The position numbers were made by a program, and so were the translations under genes. Of a DNA stretch of 64,000 bases, positions 59,072 to 64,000 are shown piece after piece. The notes under the pieces are model-generated. The model made no database searches, was not told the origin of the DNA, and saw only the letters and a list, made by a program, of their open reading frames with translations. The stretch covers positions 1,472,001-1,536,000 of the forward strand of contig CBDFKD010000002.1 in the NCBI GenBank assembly GCA_965248695.1, in the 5' to 3' direction. Source of the DNA: Acidobacteriota bacterium (GTDB taxonomy: Bacteria; Acidobacteriota; UBA890; WLXD01). The stretch's first letter is position 1. Every line of letters starts with the position of its first letter.

Positions 59072-59620
59072 ATGCGCAATGCCCACCCCGGCCGTGCCGG
59101 TCTAGTCACCGGCCTCGGTTTCGCGATCTTCGCCCTGACCGCCGCCGGCGCCCTCGGCGCTGCCCCGCAGACCGCGAATCGGGCCCAGCTGGTGCGCGCG
59201 CTGATCAACCTCGATGCTCAAGCGCTCGATGGCAGCACCTGGACATACGACCGTATCCAGGGACGCATAACCCTGGTCGATTTCTGGGCAACCTGGTGCG
59301 CTCCCTGCCTGCGCGAGCTACCGCATCTGAAGCGCGCGCGGACGACCTATGGAGACGACTTCCGTGTACTCGGAATCAGCCTCGACCGCATGGAGCGACG
59401 CGACCTCACCAGCTGGCTCCGCCGCCACGGTGTTCAGTGGCCACAGATTCATGCCAACGGCGGCTACAAGGACACCCTGTCGCTGGACTTCGGAATCGAC
59501 CGGCTGCCGACAAACCTCCTACTCGATAGGCGCGGCCGCGTGCGGGAGTTGAACGTCCGCGGCGACGATCTGTTCGTACAGATCGACGCGCTCCTAGCCG
59601 AAGACAAGCGCTCCGAGTAG
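59072..59620 (+). CDS. TlpA-family thiol-disulfide reductase
   Basis: DFWATWCAPCLRELP; N-terminal signal/TM. Confidence 0.88.
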   Translation: MRNAHPGRAGLVTGLGFAIFALTAAGALGAAPQTANRAQLVRALINLDAQALDGSTWTYDRIQGRITLVDFWATWCAPCLRELPHLKRARTTYGDDFRVLGISLDRMERRDLTSWLRRHGVQWPQIHANGGYKDTLSLDFGIDRLPTNLLLDRRGRVRELNVRGDDLFVQIDALLAEDKRSE

Positions 59621-59697
59621 CTGCTCCACTGCCGATCAGCGTCTCCACCGCGGTACCCCCAGATACGGTCGGCGCCGCCACCTCTAGCGGCTCCTCG

Positions 59698-60300
59698 TCA
59701 ATCGTCGATCGTGACGTGGCCTGGCTGTCCGGAAACACGGGCAAGCCACGCGTAGACGTTGGGGTGCTGGCGCAGATCGATCCCTGCCGCATCGGCAACG
59801 TGGCTGTAGGCGTAGAGGGCAATATCCGCCACCGTGTACGTGGCACCGGCAAGGAACTCGGAGTCCACCAGGCTTCGATCCATGGCGCGCAGCGCCTTGT
59901 GTCCCAGCTTCTGCTTCTGGGCAATGACTTCAGCATGAGCTTCGGGATCGTCGCTCTAGTGCAGCAGGAACCGCGCCACAGCCACGTTTGGCTCGTGGTC
60001 GTACTGCTCGAAGAACATCCACTGCAACACCCGGGCGCGCCTGAAGCGATCGTCCGGCAGATAGGGCGTGCCTTCCGCCAGATACCAGATGATGGCGTTG
60101 GATTCGGCCAGGAAGCGACCGTCCTCGAGACGCAGGACGGGGATGCGCTGGGCCGGGTTCTTGTCGCCGAAGAGCTCCTGGCGATTGCTGCGATCGGTAA
60201 CGCTCACCGGAATGCGCTCGTACGGCAGATCGAGATGAGCGAGCATCAGACGGACCTTGTAGGCATTGCCCGACGCCGCGTTGTCATACAGCTGTAGCAT
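59698..60300 (-). pseudogene. Glutathione S-transferase with in-frame TAG at 59956-59958
   Basis: SGNAYKVRL, NPAQRIP, ESNAI, WMFFEQY; same frame continues past the stop to YTVADIALYAY...WLARV. Confidence 0.82.
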
Positions 60301-60350
60301 CTTCACGTCTCCTGTCGGGCGACGCTGAGCGCCGCCTCACACGGTCGGGC

Positions 60351-61376
60351 TCAGGCCGATTCCTCGCCGAACAGCGCGTCCAGTCGCCCGCCCATGGCTT
60401 CGGCGATCGGCGCGGTGTGCTCGAGACGAGCCAGGAAGATCTTGATCACCGCCGCCATCGGCGCGGCCAGGAACATTCCCACGACACCCCAGAGCGTTCC
60501 CCAGAGCACCAGTGACATCAGCGTCACCACGGGGTGAAGGTCGAGCGATTCGCCATAGATCTTGGGCTCGATGAAGTTCCCCAAGGTGATCTGTATCGCC
60601 CCCGGCAAGGCGATCGCCAAGACCGCCGAGGCGGTCGAGATCTCGGGCTGCACGAGGACCACCGGCAGCGGCATCAGGGTGGCAATCACCGAGCCGACAC
60701 TGGGGATGAAATTGAGCAGGAAGACCAGCAGGCCGAACATCAGGGCGAACGGGATGCCGAGTAGCTGCAGCACCGTGCCGACCGAGAACGCCGTCGCCAG
60801 CGAGATGAGGAACTTCACTCCGACGTAGCGTTTGACGCGCTCTTCGACCTCTTCCAGCAGCGCGCTTGTCGGCGCCTGGCCGCTGCGCCCGATGAGCAGG
60901 AAGATGACAAAGACGACGACCAGAAACCCGTTGGAGAGAATATCGATCAGCGCGTTCCCGGTCCCCAGGAGAGCCGCGCCGACCTGGCTGGGCATCTGCC
61001 CGAGCAGATACGACTCGTCGATTCCGAGCTGCTCGAGCGGCAGACGGTCGAGCGCGTTGGAGATCAGCACCCCGATCTGTTGCTGGTACAGGGCGACGTT
61101 CCCCACCAGCCGGGTCACCGAAACCGACACGATGATCCCTACCAGCGTCAACAACAGCACCGAGAAGATCACCGCGCTGGCCACCGCCAGCGGCAGCGGG
61201 ATCCGCCATCTCGTCTGCACATCGATCAGCGGCATCATCGCGACGGTTACGAACACCGCCAGGACGAACGGCACCAAGACCGGGCGCAACCAGTACAGCA
61301 CCACCCCAATAGCGAACGCCGTCAGGATGATCAGGCAGATCGTACGGATCTGGCTCTCTCGATCATGTGGGGTCAT
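60351..61376 (-). CDS. AI-2E family transporter
   Basis: LNFIPSVGS, NFIEPK, LHPV, WGVVGMFLAAP motifs. Confidence 0.9.
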   Translation of the reverse strand: MTPHDRESQIRTICLIILTAFAIGVVLYWLRPVLVPFVLAVFVTVAMMPLIDVQTRWRIPLPLAVASAVIFSVLLLTLVGIIVSVSVTRLVGNVALYQQQIGVLISNALDRLPLEQLGIDESYLLGQMPSQVGAALLGTGNALIDILSNGFLVVVFVIFLLIGRSGQAPTSALLEEVEERVKRYVGVKFLISLATAFSVGTVLQLLGIPFALMFGLLVFLLNFIPSVGSVIATLMPLPVVLVQPEISTASAVLAIALPGAIQITLGNFIEPKIYGESLDLHPVVTLMSLVLWGTLWGVVGMFLAAPMAAVIKIFLARLEHTAPIAEAMGGRLDALFGEESA

Positions 61377-61525
61377 GGCGGCACCAGCAGCTGCAGGCGA
61401 GGTGGAAGTGTGGCGGGTCTGGCTACGGCGCGAGTTGGGGCCAGAGGCAAGGCCGCCGGACGCAAACGATGCCCTGGCTATCGTGAGCCCGTGCCCGGCC
61501 CACCCGTGGCGATTCTACCAGGGCT

Positions 61526-63241
61526 CTACTGGGCCGGAGGTAAGCCCTCCAGCGCTGGATGCTGTCGGTGGAAATCTGTGGCCTGCTGATAGGCATGCGC
61601 TAGCGCCAGGGCCTCGGAATCACGGTACAGGTTGCCGATGAAGGAGATGCTGACCGGCGTCCCGTCGTCTTCGAAACCGTTGGGCACCACGACGCACGGA
61701 TGTCCCGTCAGGTTGGTGGCTCCGACGACGCCCTTGCGGAACGACGGCGCCACCACTACGTCGAAGCCGCGCATGGCCTCGGCGAACTGCTGCATGTACA
61801 GGGTGCGCGCCCGATTCGCCTGGATGTACTCGACCGCCGGTATCATTCGGGCGGTGCGGAACGAGTTAGGCCACGAGCGTGGAGTTTGCCGTGTGAGCTC
61901 ATCGTCGCGCCCGCTGCGGGTCAGCTCGTCGAACGCCGCCGCCGCCTCCGCCATGAGTACGAAGCCGATCGCCTCGATCGGGAAATCGGGCATCTGCATG
62001 GGCTCCAGGTAGACACCGAGGTCCTCGCGGACGACCCGCAGCGTCTCGAGATCGAAGACTCGGTTTGCGTACTCTTCGTCCGCTTCGAACGCCGCCTCCA
62101 AGTAGCCGACCCGGAGCCCACGCGGATCGCGGTAGGCATCCCATGAGAACGGCAGATCGCGGGCGCTCGGGTCGATACCGTCGGCCCCGTGGATGGCGGC
62201 GAATACCAGGGCACAGTCTTCGACGCTACGGCACATGGGCCCGATCTTGTCCATGCTCCAGGAGAGTGCCATGGCACCGGCCCGGCTGACCCGTCCGAAC
62301 GTGGGTCGGAATCCCGATACGCCGTTGCGCGTGCTCGGCGAAACGATGCTGCCTCGCGTCTCGGTGCCAAGCGCAAAACCGACGCAGCCGGCAGCGGTAG
62401 CAGAACCTGGACCGGCCGACGACCCGCTAGAGCCCTCCTCCTGATTCCACGGGTTCCGAGTGCGCCCACCGAACCAGTAGTCCCCCATCGCTAGGGCGCC
62501 CATCGTCAGCTTGGCCACCAGCACGGCACCGGCCTCGTCGAGACGACGGACCACGGTGGCGTCCTCGGGCAGTACCTGCTCTCGATACGGAGCCGCCCCC
62601 CAAGTGGTCGGATACCCCTGCACGGCCAGCAGATCCTTGGCACCCCACGGGATCCCGTGCAGCGCGCCGCGATGATTGCCGGCCGCGATCTCGCGATCGG
62701 CAATCCGCGCCTGCCGGCGGGCGCGCTCGGCGGTGCGGGTGATACTGAACAACAGCGCCGGCTCGAATTGCTCCAGCCGCCGCAAGTAGATCTCCGTCAG
62801 CTCCCCCGAGCTCACCTTGCGACGACGCAACAGGCGCGCCAGCCGGGTGACCGGCATGAACGCCAGGTCGCCGTCATCGACGGGCCGCGCCACTCGCTGC
62901 CAGCGAGTGGGGCGCATTCGACTCGGTCCCTCGGGTGGCTCCGCGTCCACGCCCGGCATGTCAGGCTCGAAGCCCAGCGCCGGGGGCACCGTGTTGGGAA
63001 TCTCGATGCCGCGCAACGCTCGGTATGACTCGAGGTAGCGTCCAAGCCCGGACCGCATGGCTTCGCGCTCGTCCGGCGTCAGCTCCAGACCTGCGATCTG
63101 CTCGGCACTCTCGATCATGGCCGCTGTGATCGGCGACTCGGGCTCCTCCTGCACCACTTCCCAGAGCGATGCCGGTAGCCGCGTGCCGGCGACAGCTGTG
63201 CCGGCGAACAAGCCCACGAAGTGCCTGCGATCGAACATCAC
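61526..63241 (-). CDS. Amidase-signature family enzyme with Tat-like signal
   Basis: DRRHFV, GAKDL, GSSGSSAG, GTETRGSIVSPS motifs. Confidence 0.9.
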   Translation of the reverse strand: MMFDRRHFVGLFAGTAVAGTRLPASLWEVVQEEPESPITAAMIESAEQIAGLELTPDEREAMRSGLGRYLESYRALRGIEIPNTVPPALGFEPDMPGVDAEPPEGPSRMRPTRWQRVARPVDDGDLAFMPVTRLARLLRRRKVSSGELTEIYLRRLEQFEPALLFSITRTAERARRQARIADREIAAGNHRGALHGIPWGAKDLLAVQGYPTTWGAAPYREQVLPEDATVVRRLDEAGAVLVAKLTMGALAMGDYWFGGRTRNPWNQEEGSSGSSAGPGSATAAGCVGFALGTETRGSIVSPSTRNGVSGFRPTFGRVSRAGAMALSWSMDKIGPMCRSVEDCALVFAAIHGADGIDPSARDLPFSWDAYRDPRGLRVGYLEAAFEADEEYANRVFDLETLRVVREDLGVYLEPMQMPDFPIEAIGFVLMAEAAAAFDELTRSGRDDELTRQTPRSWPNSFRTARMIPAVEYIQANRARTLYMQQFAEAMRGFDVVVAPSFRKGVVGATNLTGHPCVVVPNGFEDDGTPVSISFIGNLYRDSEALALAHAYQQATDFHRQHPALEGLPPAQ

Positions 63242-64000
63242 TCCCCCTCCTCAGCTCGGAGCCGACGGCCGGATGTCAGCCAGACCGACACCGCGAATGC
63301 CACGGCGGATGCTAGCAGCCCGACGGAATTCGGATTCCAAAGCCCGGTGCTCGGGATCTCGACGACATATTTCGCCGTGACGTAGACCCCTACGCCGGCG
63401 ACGATGGCGGCGATCGCATCGCGGCTGCCGGCCCGGGCCCAGTACACCCCACCGACGATGGGAATGAAGAGGCTCATGGAGAGCAGCGAGTAAAAGATGG
63501 TGATCGACTCGATCACCGAGCCCAGCGCGATTGCCAGCAGAGTCGCCAGGATCCCACCGGCAGCGGCACCGTAGCGAGCAACCCTCAACACCCGACGCTC
63601 ACCGGCCTCCGGGTCCAGAAATCGCCGGTACAGATCCTCCGACAGCGACGTCGACAGCATGAAGAGCACGGCGTCCGCAGAGCTCACTTCGGCTGAGAAA
63701 ACGGCCGCGAGACCGAGCGTGCCGATGGCCAGCGGCAGTCCGACGGTCAGCACCACAGGCAAAGCCAGGTTGATCTCGTTGCCGGTAAGCGTCGGATCGT
63801 GGACCCGCGCCAGCATTCCGAACAGCGGCGGCACGGCCGCGAACACGAGCAACGCCAGCGCGCTCGCGCCGGCGCCGATCCGAACCGTACGCGCGCTCCG
63901 AGCTCCGTAGACCTTCTGCAGCAGCCCCGGCGACACCATGAACGAGGGAATCAGCAACGCCATGTAGTGCCAGCCGGAAGCGCCCCCCTGCGTCCAGCTG
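63238..64000 (-). CDS. Sodium:solute symporter family protein (5' end outside window)
   Basis: QKVYGA, AAVFSAEVSSADA, STSLSEDLY; many TM helices. Confidence 0.85.
   Translation of the reverse strand, partial: SWTQGGASGWHYMALLIPSFMVSPGLLQKVYGARSARTVRIGAGASALALLVFAAVPPLFGMLARVHDPTLTGNEINLALPVVLTVGLPLAIGTLGLAAVFSAEVSSADAVLFMLSTSLSEDLYRRFLDPEAGERRVLRVARYGAAAGGILATLLAIALGSVIESITIFYSLLSMSLFIPIVGGVYWARAGSRDAIAAIVAGVGVYVTAKYVVEIPSTGLWNPNSVGLLASAVAFAVSVWLTSGRRLRAEEGE

Noticed and set aside
59956-59958. In-frame TAG here (and at 15931) as pyrrolysine or stop-codon recoding
   Set aside because: TAG ends many normal genes in this window; no pyl genes; the 15931 case is a frameshift
1-64000. Many long alternative-frame and antisense ORFs (e.g. 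1890-3440, 26902-28176, 41013-42533)
   Set aside because: Arg/Pro/Ala-rich shadows of recognisable genes, expected at high GC; no family motifs

Overview
High-GC (about 67% by eye) bacterial chromosomal segment with dense coding and no visible rRNA, tRNA, CRISPR or transposase. PadR plus duplicated orphan ABC permease pairs and an expanded Ser/Thr kinase-beta-propeller family suggest Acidobacteriota or a similar lineage (inference). Highlights: (1) At 13.3-25.0 kb, an isoprenoid/triterpenoid locus. An archaeal/Chloroflexi-type mevalonate operon (IDI-2, class I HMG-CoA reductase, mevalonate kinase, decarboxylase, isopentenyl phosphate kinase, no phosphomevalonate kinase) ends in a squalene synthase and is preceded by an HpnG-like nucleosidase. 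It converges on an MMPL/RND + periplasmic binding protein + TPR lipoprotein triad resembling the BstABC sterol transport system. No cyclase is present in the window. (2) At 33.4-50.5 kb, a tandem array of kinase-propeller paralogues sharing a promoter/leader and 3' end, where several copies survive only as end remnants that bracket unrelated cargo genes. (3) At 7.9-11.1 kb, a BlaI/BlaR1-like system whose sensor domain is a 29-aa RIHG repeat array, also found in the co-transcribed secreted protein. Several genes carry frameshifts or in-frame stops, from either assembly errors or real decay. All product calls come from motif recognition by eye; no searches were run.
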